Assembly: GCA_963848135.1 (NCBI GenBank)
Contig: CAWKCK010000002.1
Coordinates: 310,001 to 374,000, forward strand
Length of the DNA: 64,000 nt
Direction of reading: 5' to 3'
DNA from: an uncultured delta proteobacterium
GTDB lineage: Bacteria; Desulfobacterota; Desulfobacteria; Desulfobacterales; SG8-13
The position numbers and the translations under genes are program-made. The notes under the pieces are model-generated. The model did not search any database. It saw only the letters and a list, made by a program, of their open reading frames with translations, and had not been told where the DNA came from. How positions within the stretch are numbered: the first letter of the stretch is position 1; every line of letters starts with the position of its first letter. Shown here in pieces: positions 10,688 through 21,154 of this stretch.

Positions 10688-11667
10688 TCGATAAACAGCC
10701 TGTCTGCGGCATTCAGATAGATGCGTGCCCTGTCCATGGCCACTGTGTTTAACAATCGAAATTTTTCTTCTTTTGACGGCTGGCTGAGGACACGCTTGAG
10801 AACTTCTGTAAACCCCTCTCGATCCTGCCGGTTGTAAAGATAATAACGGGCATAATAGAAGTCTGTGAGTTGTAACGTATCCCCGTGCAACTGCTTCAAC
10901 CGTCGGTAGTGTTCCAGAGCCAAGGCGGGGTTGCCGCCCACGAGGGGAGACCGAGCGGCGTAATACCCGAACAGGACAAGGTGTGCGAGGCCGTGATAAT
11001 ATGATTCATCGAGTTCTATCGCCCTCTGCATGGTTTTTTCGACCCGGTGTGCTCCGGCCATGGCGCCGATCGATTCGCGGTTGAGGTTTATCTCGGCACT
11101 CAGGTTGTAACCATACCAGAAAAGAGCCGGCAGATCTTTTATTCCAAGGGATTGAATGAATTGTTCGGCGGTTACGATGGCTCCCAACTGCCGCCGACAG
11201 TCGGGATAGCGGACTTCCAAAGCACGCAAGGCATAATCGGTACCCTTGTGGTAATATCCGGACGCAATTTCAACCAATTCTTTCGCGTGTGCCCGATCGG
11301 CGGCAGTTGGGGCGGTTTTCAACTGCGCCGCATCAATCCGACCCTCAAAAAAGATGAAGGCATAACTCCCATACGCACGCGCAAGAAGCACCAGCAGCTG
11401 CCGGTTGTACGGATCGCTCACGAGCATCGTTTCGAGCAGTTTTATGTGGGCCGGGAAGGCTTTTCCCAGCAAATCGAGGTCATCGTCGCTTTCGTAAGCC
11501 GCCTGCCCTTCTGTTATGATGTCGGTAACCGCCCGCACCGTCATCTGCCGACTTGCGCAGGCAACAATCACTATGGTCAGTAAAAAAACGCTCAAAAGGC
11601 GTATAAATATGCCTGAAACCGTCTGATCGGCCGGGCGTATTCGACCCAGGGGGTGCAAAATCCGCAT
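10684..11667 (-). CDS. TRAP transporter TatT (T) component, lipoprotein
   Basis: Lipobox IVAC. Motifs ESDDDLDL..KAFP..IKLLE and RAIELDESYYHG. First gene of the dctPQM operon. Confidence 0.85.
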   Translation of the reverse strand: MRILHPLGRIRPADQTVSGIFIRLLSVFLLTIVIVACASRQMTVRAVTDIITEGQAAYESDDDLDLLGKAFPAHIKLLETMLVSDPYNRQLLVLLARAYGSYAFIFFEGRIDAAQLKTAPTAADRAHAKELVEIASGYYHKGTDYALRALEVRYPDCRRQLGAIVTAEQFIQSLGIKDLPALFWYGYNLSAEINLNRESIGAMAGAHRVEKTMQRAIELDESYYHGLAHLVLFGYYAARSPLVGGNPALALEHYRRLKQLHGDTLQLTDFYYARYYLYNRQDREGFTEVLKRVLSQPSKEEKFRLLNTVAMDRARIYLNAADRLFID

Positions 11668-11839
11668 GCCAGAATCCTCTTAAGATTTACTTGCCGCATT
11701 ACAAACGCTGCCGAATGCAGCAGATCCCCTATGTGAAACGTTTTCTGGGTAATCTGCCAATATGCCGCCTGTCCGAAAGACCGACGCCAGTCCCAGCATG
11801 ATATGTCGGGAAAATGAAATTATTCTCTCAGGTCAAAGG

Positions 11840-12250
11840 TCACTGACTGTCGGCAGTTGCCGCAGGTGGTGGCGGGGAAGACGGCTTAACGGGCGATACA
11901 GTTTCGCTCTTATCCGATTTAATCATATGTGAGCGGCCCTCAAAGGTCGATCCTTCCTTGATATCGATTGAACGGGCAGAGATGTCACCGAGCATTTTCC
12001 CGGTTGATTGAATCTCGAGATGACTCCGGGCCGTTACATTTCCTTTGACTTTGCCTTGAATGATGATTGTGTTGCCTTCGATATCGGCCTCAACAACGCC
12101 GGTGCTGCCGATGACGATATCGCCATTGAGTTTAATTGATCCGACAACACGACCATTGATGAGGATATTTTCCTCACCGCTCAGCTGGCCTTCAATCCTG
12201 ATGTTTTCGCTGACAAGTGAAACAGATGCGCCGGTCGTTGACATATCCAT
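11840..12250 (-). CDS. Bactofilin (polymer-forming cytoskeletal protein)
   Basis: Repeated I.G.V.G.I beta-helix pattern ending IKEGSTFEGRSHM, with a Pro-rich tail. Confidence 0.92.
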   Translation of the reverse strand: MDMSTTGASVSLVSENIRIEGQLSGEENILINGRVVGSIKLNGDIVIGSTGVVEADIEGNTIIIQGKVKGNVTARSHLEIQSTGKMLGDISARSIDIKEGSTFEGRSHMIKSDKSETVSPVKPSSPPPPAATADSQ

Positions 12251-12300
12251 ATGGTTCAGCTCCTTTATTACCTTTTCACCCCTTTTTTGTCGAACGGTTG

Positions 12301-12714
12301 TTAGCGGCTGCGCATATTGACTTCTCCGTTGAATACAGCGCCTTCTTTCAGGGTAAGAACGGGGGCGGTAATGTTACCTTTGACCTTCCCGGTCCGTTGT
12401 ACATGCAACTTCGAACTGGCGATCAGGTCCCCCTCGGCAGCGCCACCAACCTGGATCGTCCTCGCCTTAAGATTCCCCTGCGTTGTGGCCGACTCCTTGA
12501 TATCAAGATCGCCTTCGAGTTGAATGTCGCCTGTATGACGACCGAAAATCTGAACATCGTCTCGGCCGGTTATCGATCCGTTGATGTTCAAGTTCTTCCC
12601 CAAATGTGTGACGCCCTTGCTGACCGGCGTCTCGTTTCTGGTTGCCGTTGGGGTTGGGGTCGGGGTCGGGGGTAAAGATTCCTCACGTGGACTTGATTTT
12701 TTAAACCATCCCAT
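12301..12714 (-). CDS. Bactofilin (polymer-forming cytoskeletal protein)
   Basis: N-terminal MGWFKK, PT-repeat linker, beta-helix core ending LKEGAVFNGEVNM. Confidence 0.92.
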   Translation of the reverse strand: MGWFKKSSPREESLPPTPTPTPTATRNETPVSKGVTHLGKNLNINGSITGRDDVQIFGRHTGDIQLEGDLDIKESATTQGNLKARTIQVGGAAEGDLIASSKLHVQRTGKVKGNITAPVLTLKEGAVFNGEVNMRSR

Positions 12715-12940
12715 GGATGAACTCCTCTTTGCAACTATGGCTGTTAAGCGTATAACATACCGTTTATTTATAAATAAATCAATAAATCAGTTGAGAATTC
12801 GACAGACGTGTATTACACCCTTAAAGAGGCGAACATACGTGGGCCGGGTGCGTGAGTGGTGGTGTTCGACAACCAGTCCGCTACATTGCTCCCCCTCGAA
12901 GAGTTTCCTTATACCTCACCACACATATGAAAGATCAGTG

Positions 12941-13666
12941 ATGAAAGCCACACTGACAACTATTCTGGTGGCAGTGCTTCTCTGGAACACTGTGGCCACA
13001 GCCGACACGACCGAGCCTCGGGAATTGCGGCAAGCACGCCTCGAAATGGTGCGCGAGCAGATCGAAGGGCGGGGAATCACCGATCCCAGAGTTTTAAAAG
13101 CCATGCGTGAGGTCCCGCGTCATCTGTTCGTCCCCCCGGAACTGCGGTCAAAAGCCTATAGCGACCGCCCTTTAGCCATCGGAGAGGGGCAAACAATTTC
13201 CCAGCCCTACATCGTCGCTTTGATGACTGAATCTCTGTCCTTGTCGCCGACATATAGAGTTCTGGAAGTCGGTACCGGTTCCGGTTACCAGGCCGCAATC
13301 CTGGCTTCCATGACACGTGAGGTCTACACGATAGAAATCAAGAAACGGCTTTATCAACAGGCAGACAGAACCCTGCGCGCTCTTGAATTCAAAAATATAT
13401 ACACACGTTTGGGAGACGGCTATAGCGGTTGGGGATCCCAAGAGCGGTTTGATGCGATTATGATAACGGCAGCCGTCGACCACATCCCCCCACCGCTGCT
13501 GCAACAACTCAAAGACGGTGGTCAACTCGTGCTGCCGCTAGGCAATCCTTTCAGTTACCAAAATCTGGTTCTGGTAACCAAAACCGATCAGGACTTCACC
13601 GTAAAACAGATCACCGGTGTCCTCTTCGTTCCCATGACCGGGTACGCCCTCGACCGGAAAAGGTAG
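12941..13666 (+). CDS. pcm: Protein-L-isoaspartate(D-aspartate) O-methyltransferase
   Basis: Motifs VPRHLFVP, GQTISQPYIVALM and VLEVGTGSGYQAA. Start placed at ATG 12941 because the track start overlaps the opposite-strand bactofilin. Confidence 0.93.
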   Translation: MKATLTTILVAVLLWNTVATADTTEPRELRQARLEMVREQIEGRGITDPRVLKAMREVPRHLFVPPELRSKAYSDRPLAIGEGQTISQPYIVALMTESLSLSPTYRVLEVGTGSGYQAAILASMTREVYTIEIKKRLYQQADRTLRALEFKNIYTRLGDGYSGWGSQERFDAIMITAAVDHIPPPLLQQLKDGGQLVLPLGNPFSYQNLVLVTKTDQDFTVKQITGVLFVPMTGYALDRKR

Positions 13667-13672
13667 GTTATC

Positions 13673-16117
13673 GTGCTACCGCAACGCGTTCGGTGGATTA
13701 TTCTGACCGCCGTCCTTCTGTTGTCTTTTTCCTCCCTGTGCTTTGAGGTACTCCTGGTCCGGGTGTTTGCGATCAGTCAATGGAACCACATGGCCTTCAT
13801 GGTGATCAGCATCGCCCTTTTGGGGTTTGCCGCAGCTGGTACCTTCCTTAGTCTGGTAAATTTCAGAAAAAAACGCCGTTATGCGGACCACCCGGTATCC
13901 ATCGAATTGCTGGTGGCCGCCAGCCTGTCCTACCCCGCCACTGCAATGTTTTCCTTTCTTGTCATCAACCATCTGCCGCTCGATTATTTCAGGCTGCCGT
14001 TGATACCCATTCAAATAGTATATCTGCTGATTACGTACCTGCTGCTGAGTGCACCGTTTTTCCTGGCCGGACTCGTCATTTCGAGTGCCTACGTTATGCT
14101 ACCCGAAAAAACCGGTATTAATTATTTTGTTTCCATGACGGGATCGGCTGCTGGTGCTGTCCTGCCCGCCGTTTTACTACCACACATGGATGAGGGAGTT
14201 CTGATCGTGCTCTCCGCCGCTTTACCGCTACTGATTATCGTTCCCACCCTGCTTTTGCTGCCTTCACCGGGAAAGTCACGCTCAGGATGGCTTTATTCCA
14301 GGAAACTTCTCTTGGCCATCGCCTTCCTTATGGGAGGAACAACCCTCTTTCTCGCATCGACCGCAAAAGGCATTCTGACGGTCAGGGTATCGCCCTACAA
14401 GGCACTGGCTCAGATTCTCCAATTGCCTGAAAGTCAGGTTGTAAAAACCCACAACAGCCTGACCGGGCTCTCAACAATCGTCACCAGCCCCCATGTGCGA
14501 TTCGCTCCCGGCTTGAGCCTGAAGTTCTATGGCGAACTTCCACGACAAAAAGCAACTTTCAGGGATGGTGACAGCTTGATGGTCCTCTATGAAGATATGC
14601 GCCTTCGGGGAGATCGTTTTGCCGCCCACACTCTTTCATTTTCCGGTTACAGGTTGGCCGAGAACCCCTCGAATGTTCTCATTGTCCAGAATGGCGGGGG
14701 ATTGGGCATGGCCTGTGCCCGGGAGGCCAAAATCCCAAATATCACCCTCGTCGAAGAACACGCCGAAATGGCACGCATTGTCGCCGCGCATTATCCCTTT
14801 GCCGATGTCAAATCGCTAACCCCGCGTCAATTCTTGAAACATTCGACTGAAAAATATGATGTGATTCATATTGAAAACTGGGGAACCTCGCTGCCAGGCA
14901 CAACAGCGCTGAACCAGGAGTATCTTCTTACAATCGGTGCCATGACGGCCTATATCGAACACTTGAGTGCTAAAGGCATTATTATCCTTTCCCGCAGGTT
15001 GCTTCTGCCGCCCTCGGATGTGCTGCGATTATGGGCAACTGCGTATGAAGCTATGAAAACAGTGGGATTCGTACATCCAGAAAACCATCTGGCTATTTTA
15101 CGGAATTGGGATACCTACGTGATGCTTATATCACACCGGCCAATGGTTTCAGTAAAAGCGTTGTCTGCCTTCGCCGAAGAATTCAATTTTGATTGGATCT
15201 ATCTGCCGAATAATCTTGAAGGTTGGTTCAACCGGTATAACGTCCTGGACATCCCTTATCACAACCGTGCCATTGGCAGGCTGGCCGCTGCTTTTCAGGC
15301 GGGTCGTGAAAAGGACTTTTTCGATTCCTATTTCCTCGATGTTTCGCCCCAATCTGATGACCGTCCGTTTCCCTATCGATTTCTAAAATGGCAGCGGCTT
15401 ATAGAACTATATCGCACCACAGGTCGTCGGATGCACGCCTTGATGTTGTCCGGGGAAATGGTGATTGCAGCAGTTTTCCTGGCGGCTGCAATTTTGTCTA
15501 CGGCATTAATGACACTGCCTGTATTTTGGTTCCGGAAGGCAGCCCAGCAAGCAGCGATGGTTCCAATCGGGTATTTTCTCTTTGTCGGTGCCGGGTTTAT
15601 GTTGATTGAGCTATATTTTATCAAGCGGCTGGTATTACTCTTTGGTGATCCCGTTGTAAGCTTTACGGCCGTACTCACCGGCCTGTTGGTTTTTTCGGGT
15701 ATAGGCGGATTTTTGTCCCAGCGATTGACAGGCCGATCACTTATCGGCGCAATGATTATTTTGATCCTGGTATTGATCCTGACCGGACCGGCGACAGACT
15801 GGTTATCGGAAACGGCGCTCACCATGCCACGACTTCAGCGCTATACGCTTGCACTGGCATGGCTAGCCGTCCCAGGTATTCTCGCAGGTATTCCCTTTCC
15901 TCTGGCCATGCGGCACTACCTGAGGACACCGGTGGATAGGGCCTACGCCTGGACTGCCAACGGTTGTGCATCGGTACTGGCATCAATAGCCGCCGCTGAA
16001 ATGGCAATAAGTCAGGGCATAACATCCGTCATGACCGCCGCAGTGGTCACTTACGGGGTCGCACTGCTTTGTGCCGTTATCATGATGCGGCCCGCAACCA
16101 AACCGGAAGCAACTTAG
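13673..16117 (+). CDS. Membrane protein with central spermidine synthase-like SAM-binding domain
   Basis: Multi-TM N- and C-terminal regions around NVLIVQNGGG...VEEH...KYDVI, plus the SDDRPF motif. Confidence 0.75.
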   Translation: MLPQRVRWIILTAVLLLSFSSLCFEVLLVRVFAISQWNHMAFMVISIALLGFAAAGTFLSLVNFRKKRRYADHPVSIELLVAASLSYPATAMFSFLVINHLPLDYFRLPLIPIQIVYLLITYLLLSAPFFLAGLVISSAYVMLPEKTGINYFVSMTGSAAGAVLPAVLLPHMDEGVLIVLSAALPLLIIVPTLLLLPSPGKSRSGWLYSRKLLLAIAFLMGGTTLFLASTAKGILTVRVSPYKALAQILQLPESQVVKTHNSLTGLSTIVTSPHVRFAPGLSLKFYGELPRQKATFRDGDSLMVLYEDMRLRGDRFAAHTLSFSGYRLAENPSNVLIVQNGGGLGMACAREAKIPNITLVEEHAEMARIVAAHYPFADVKSLTPRQFLKHSTEKYDVIHIENWGTSLPGTTALNQEYLLTIGAMTAYIEHLSAKGIIILSRRLLLPPSDVLRLWATAYEAMKTVGFVHPENHLAILRNWDTYVMLISHRPMVSVKALSAFAEEFNFDWIYLPNNLEGWFNRYNVLDIPYHNRAIGRLAAAFQAGREKDFFDSYFLDVSPQSDDRPFPYRFLKWQRLIELYRTTGRRMHALMLSGEMVIAAVFLAAAILSTALMTLPVFWFRKAAQQAAMVPIGYFLFVGAGFMLIELYFIKRLVLLFGDPVVSFTAVLTGLLVFSGIGGFLSQRLTGRSLIGAMIILILVLILTGPATDWLSETALTMPRLQRYTLALAWLAVPGILAGIPFPLAMRHYLRTPVDRAYAWTANGCASVLASIAAAEMAISQGITSVMTAAVVTYGVALLCAVIMMRPATKPEAT

Positions 16118-16121
16118 TGCT

Positions 16122-16343
16122 AACTAATTTGAGCGATTGTCGAGGTTGCCGCAGATACAAGGAAGATGTCGTTCCGTAACGCCGACGTCGGGATCAGCTA
16201 TGTGGGACGGCATATGACCCCATAGATACGGCAAGATCGGCAATCCCGAAGCGGTTTCAAATTTTAAAATCAAACATTGATAGAATTCCTTATGAATAAG
16301 GCAGTCCCCCCTCCATTTAAAATTTGAAACGCTCACTTTAGGT
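16122..16343 (+). repeat. Repeat family 2, copy a (MITE-like, degenerate terminal inverted repeats)
   Basis: Aligns end to end with the reverse complement of 22843-23051. Contains a perfect 15-bp internal inverted repeat GTTTCAAATTTTAAA/TTTAAAATTTGAAAC. Confidence 0.8.
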
Positions 16344-16382
16344 GTTTATTATAACCAAACTGTGTGCGCCGGAAAGATCCAT

Positions 16383-16622
16383 ATGAAAATAGATGTCGAG
16401 TGCTATTCCGGTCATCGCGTCGATGAAATCCCGCGGCGTATCGCATTTAAAACGCATACGGTTGAAGTGCAGGAAATTATCGACCGCTGGTTGTCACCGG
16501 ATCATCGGTATTTTAAAATAAAAGGCGATGACAATGCGGAATATATCATCCGTTACGACACTCAAGAAAGGCAATGGGAGTTGACGTTTTATCGCACGCT
16601 GAGACGAAATAGTGACCCTTGA
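16383..16622 (+). CDS. Small hypothetical protein
   Basis: MKIDVECYSGHRVDEIP...IIDRWLSPDHRYFKIKGDD...WEL looks like a real compact beta protein and has no conflicting ORF. Confidence 0.7.
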   Translation: MKIDVECYSGHRVDEIPRRIAFKTHTVEVQEIIDRWLSPDHRYFKIKGDDNAEYIIRYDTQERQWELTFYRTLRRNSDP

Positions 16623-16714
16623 GGTGGCATCGCTATCAAAACGACCTCATTCCTACAATTTTGTAAATCGCACGAAAGTCCACACCAGCGATACATCGCC
16701 AGGCGCACTAATAT

Positions 16715-16748
16715 AAAAGGGTGGCTGTCGGAAAACAGCCACCCTTTT
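16715..16748. terminator. Bidirectional rho-independent terminator downstream of amtB
   Basis: AAAAGGGTGGCTGT-cggaaa-ACAGCCACCCTTTT, a perfect stem between convergent genes. Confidence 0.85.
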
Positions 16749-16772
16749 CGTTTTTAATGCGGATATATAGGA

Positions 16773-18179
16773 TTAACCCAGTTCTTCTGCCTGCTTGGTC
16801 GTCGCCAGACGCGCCGGCTGAGCCACCACACCGGTTCCGCTCCCGGAGCTCATCCCCCCATAGGAAGAAACCTCGAAATCCGGATAAGCGTTGCCGCCAT
16901 GTTCGGTGAGATCGAGTCCCTCGAGCTCTTCTTCCGGCGACACGCGCAGACCGACGGTTTTGGATATCAATTTGAACATGATAAATGCTGCCGGAAAAAC
17001 CCACAGGAAACAGGCGGCGATACCAAGCACCTGGACACCGATTATTTTGGTCGAGGTGCCGCCAATGTTGAAAATACCGGCTGCCAGCGTACCCCAGGCA
17101 CCGCAGACACCGTGGACTGAAATAGCACCCACCGGATCATCGACCCGGATTTTGTCGAAAAAAAGTACCGACAGGACGACAATGATACCGGCGGCGGCAC
17201 CGATGATAATGGCGCTTCCCGGTGTCACCGTGGCACAAGGGCTGGTAATGGCCACCAGACCGGCCAGAGCGCCGTTGAGGCTCATGCCGATCTCGGGTTT
17301 ACCAAATTTTATCCAAGAAACGATCATTGCCAATACACAGCCAGCAGCAGCGGCCAGATTCGTATTGACGAAAATCATGGCGATATCCTTGTTGGCCGCG
17401 GTAGTGGAACCGGGATTAAACCCGAACCATCCGAGCCAGAGAATAAACACGCCGAGGGCGGCAAGGGCCATATTATGTCCCAGAATCGGTTTGACACGGC
17501 CATCCTTGGTGTATTTACCCATGCGAGGTCCGAGAACGATGGCGCCGGCAAGGGCCGCCCAACCACCAACGGAGTGAACCACCGTGGAACCGGCAAAATC
17601 GATAAACCCCAAACCTTCTAACCAACCACTACCGTTAAAAAGACTGCCCCATGCCCAACTGCCGAAGACCGGATAGATGAGACCGCTGATAAGAGCGCTG
17701 TAAATCAAATACCCCGTGAATTTAGTCCGTTCGGCCATGGCACCAGATACAATGGTCGCAGCCGTGGCGGCAAACACGACCTGAAACATCCAGAATGCAA
17801 GTACCCAGGGATCTCCTCCCACACTGAAATCACTCAGAAAAAACCCGGAAGCCCCGAACCATCCGGTGGTGGTTGCCCCAAACATGATACCGAAACCGAC
17901 AGCCCAGTATGCTAAAGAACCGATCGAAAAATCCATCAAGTTTTTCATCATGATATTTATGGTGTTCTTTGCACGAGTGAAACCGGACTCCACCATGGCG
18001 AAACCCGCCTGCATGAAAAAGACCAAAGCGGCGGCCACCAAAGTCCAAAGATAATCAGCGTGCGCTTGAACCAGATCTATGGCATTTCGGTTGGATTCCA
18101 GAGTTGGCGCCTCGTCACCGGCCCATGCCACAGTGATGTTAACGATCAGGAACAACAGTGAGTAAATAATTTTTTTCAT
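16773..18179 (-). CDS. amtB: Ammonium transporter
   Basis: Motifs FMQAGFAMVESG, SGAMAER, DFAGSTVVH, WFGFNPGS and DDPVGAISVHG. Confidence 0.96.
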   Translation of the reverse strand: MKKIIYSLLFLIVNITVAWAGDEAPTLESNRNAIDLVQAHADYLWTLVAAALVFFMQAGFAMVESGFTRAKNTINIMMKNLMDFSIGSLAYWAVGFGIMFGATTTGWFGASGFFLSDFSVGGDPWVLAFWMFQVVFAATAATIVSGAMAERTKFTGYLIYSALISGLIYPVFGSWAWGSLFNGSGWLEGLGFIDFAGSTVVHSVGGWAALAGAIVLGPRMGKYTKDGRVKPILGHNMALAALGVFILWLGWFGFNPGSTTAANKDIAMIFVNTNLAAAAGCVLAMIVSWIKFGKPEIGMSLNGALAGLVAITSPCATVTPGSAIIIGAAAGIIVVLSVLFFDKIRVDDPVGAISVHGVCGAWGTLAAGIFNIGGTSTKIIGVQVLGIAACFLWVFPAAFIMFKLISKTVGLRVSPEEELEGLDLTEHGGNAYPDFEVSSYGGMSSGSGTGVVAQPARLATTKQAEELG

Positions 18180-18267
18180 GGTGTTCTAACGCCTCCTTCG
18201 TGATTGGGTAGTCATTTTGTTGCAGTTATTGGGGGTTATGTTTGATTTCTGAAAATTTTTATTGTCT

Positions 18268-18702
<435 letters not shown>

Positions 18703-18777
18703 TCAAAAATACGATATTGTATACAATATCAGTTTGTTAAATGCTCTCTCATTATTTGTGACAGCTGTCCTTTATAT

Positions 18778-18847
18778 ACAAATTTGTCATTAACAATACC
18801 TATAAATACATTTATGTTGTTTAATAGCTCTATAATTACAAATATGT
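18778..18847. promoter_or_regulatory. Three phased ACA-N4-TGT sites (candidate sigma54 activator UAS)
   Basis: ACAAATTTGT (18778), ACATTTATGT (18808) and ACAAATATGT (18838), exactly 30 bp apart. Confidence 0.65.
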
Positions 18848-19218
18848 ATTTTATTTGTGATCAAGGAAAATGCGAGGATGGTGTGGGGCGGGATACCCCT
18901 TTGAGAATTTCAAGGCGTGTTTATTGGGGCGTTCCGAATTCGAGATGGACGCGAACCCAATAGGGTGCCGGTGAATCGAACGTCTGCCAATAGATATTTA
19001 TTCTGAGCCGTCGGGGAGTTTTCGTTAACCTTGGGGCGGAAAGGGTAATCAGCGACTTCAGCGCGCAAACTCATGCACAAGGCAGCATAAAAAAAGAACT
19101 GAATTCCATTACGGCTAAGAATATAAGAGAAAAACTCCCCAACGCTTCGATTATCTGACCAAACGGTATGAAGGGAAATCCTATGATAAGTGCTCTGCCC
19201 TCAGAACCAGACAGCACA

Positions 19219-19752
19219 TTAGTCGATAGCGCGTCGGAACGACTCGATGGCTTCCGGCAGCAAGCGCCTGACAAACGCCTCTTTGTCGCGGGTGGTCAGC
19301 TCTTGAAAATCCGCGTACCCGGCATGTGTGATTGAAAGTTCAGGCGGTTCTTCTCGACTTTTAAGTTTCAGTTTTTCAACATTGTGAATCAGGACTAGAA
19401 GTGAATCGTTATGGCAGAAAAAACGTGTGATCCAATTCAGTCGTCGCATCAGTTCGAAACGTGTTTGATCTGCCAAGAAAAGATGGACCTCAACGACCTT
19501 CAGCTGATCGCCTTTATCGAGAGTATAAAAGTCTGCGGCCACTCCGAGATCGAGGACACCCATGATAAGCTCATAAAATCCCATGGTGCTTGCATCGCCG
19601 GGCTCAGCCAAATACAGAAGAGTCTTGTCTGAAAGATCGGAGGTTCTGGTGCTCTCATCGCAGGACTCGTTGAATCGTTTTCTCCAAGGCCCAAATGCAC
19701 GATCGCTGAAAAGTTTTGTTCGATAACTCTGCAGATCGACGATTTTTGCCAT
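19219..19752 (-). CDS. Hypothetical protein
   Basis: 177-aa ORF with protein-like composition (MAKIVDLQSYR...). No family recognised. Confidence 0.7.
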   Translation of the reverse strand: MAKIVDLQSYRTKLFSDRAFGPWRKRFNESCDESTRTSDLSDKTLLYLAEPGDASTMGFYELIMGVLDLGVAADFYTLDKGDQLKVVEVHLFLADQTRFELMRRLNWITRFFCHNDSLLVLIHNVEKLKLKSREEPPELSITHAGYADFQELTTRDKEAFVRRLLPEAIESFRRAID

Positions 19753-19989
19753 GGGGTATATAGCGCTTTCAGAATATGAGGAATTGTATGTCGTGGGCGG
19801 TTGTTGCTTATTTTACTCCGCAATGGGATCCTATGTGATGTCACATTAATAATGGAATGTCTCCCGGAAGTCAATCAAAGTGGACCAAAAGCCGATTGAA
19901 TTCCTGCGTCATTTTAAGGTAAGGAAATTGAAAGTAACCCACTTCGTCGACATTATTTACGCATCGGCATCTTTACGGGGAATTCCGCT

Positions 19990-20964
19990 ATGAATACAGC
20001 ATCTTTTTCGCCGCCATTGATTTTTCGAAATCCCCATCTGCAAACAGTTTTCTCCAGTAGCAAAGTCCGTCTATTCAAGAGAGTGGCCGTTTCACCAACT
20101 GCGCAATCGATCATTCTCGATGCGGACCAAGGTGTCCGACTATCCGGTGCTCTCTCCACGCCGCCGCAAGGACCAATAAAAGGAATTGCCATCTTAATTC
20201 ATGGCTGGGAAGGCAGCACCGAATCGACCTATTGTGTTCGCACGGCTGACGCCCTCTACAGAAACGGTTATAGCGTCTTTAGGCTAAACCTCAGAGATCA
20301 TGGGGGCAGCCACTACATGAACGAGGGTCTATTCTACGCCTCGTTGCTGGATGAAGTCCACTGTGCCGTGACCCGGGCCGCCGGCATGGCGGGTGACGTT
20401 CCGGCATTTATCGTCGGATTTTCTTTAGGAGGCAATTTTGCTCTCCGCGTCGCCCTTCGCTGCCGCAGCGAGCCGATCGAGAATTTGCGCTATGTTTATT
20501 GCATCAGCCCGGTTCTCGACCCGGAAAAAGCAACGGCCAGAATCGATTCGATCGAATATATCCGCCGGTATTTCATAAAGAAGTGGCGGCGTTCTCTGTG
20601 TAAAAAGCAGTCCTTTTTTCCAGACCGGTATGATTTCAGTCGACTTTTCGAAAAATCGTCAATCGGCGAATTAACCGAAGCCCTTCTGGAACGTTACAGC
20701 CAGTTCAGTTCGATGAAAGCCTACTTTATGTCTTACACATTGGTGGAAGATGCGCTGAAAGGGCTCCCGATTCCGACCACTCTTCTTACCGCCGCCGATG
20801 ATCCCATAATACCGGTTGAAGATTTCAGGCACTTGAGACTCAACAAACATACCGAACTATCTATTCAGGAATATGGAGGACACAACGGTTTTATCGAGGG
20901 TTTTTCGTTGCGGGCCTGGTATGAAACACGGATCGTTTCGCTATTCGACAGCCTTGCGATCTAG
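19990..20964 (+). CDS. YheT-like alpha/beta hydrolase
   Basis: Motifs NPHLQT, HGWEGS, GFSLGG nucleophile elbow, DDP and GGHNGF. Confidence 0.9.
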   Translation: MNTASFSPPLIFRNPHLQTVFSSSKVRLFKRVAVSPTAQSIILDADQGVRLSGALSTPPQGPIKGIAILIHGWEGSTESTYCVRTADALYRNGYSVFRLNLRDHGGSHYMNEGLFYASLLDEVHCAVTRAAGMAGDVPAFIVGFSLGGNFALRVALRCRSEPIENLRYVYCISPVLDPEKATARIDSIEYIRRYFIKKWRRSLCKKQSFFPDRYDFSRLFEKSSIGELTEALLERYSQFSSMKAYFMSYTLVEDALKGLPIPTTLLTAADDPIIPVEDFRHLRLNKHTELSIQEYGGHNGFIEGFSLRAWYETRIVSLFDSLAI

Positions 20965-21154
20965 CCGGGTGTTTCATGTAACTTTCGTTCTCATTGTTTG
21001 GGTTAAAACACGACCGTATTTTTTAAACAGTGCCGGAGGCGGCATTGCAATTTTATCTATGGTGTATATGTTTTTCCCATTTGTCAGTGCTATGTGACGA
21101 ATCGGGTTCGATAATCAGTGATTTAAAATTCGCATCGACTTAAGGAGGTTTGAA

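Noticed and set aside
18770..18850. 30-bp periodic repeats as a mini CRISPR array
   Set aside because: The period is too short, the units are degenerate, there are no unique spacers or cas genes, and they are better explained as activator sites.
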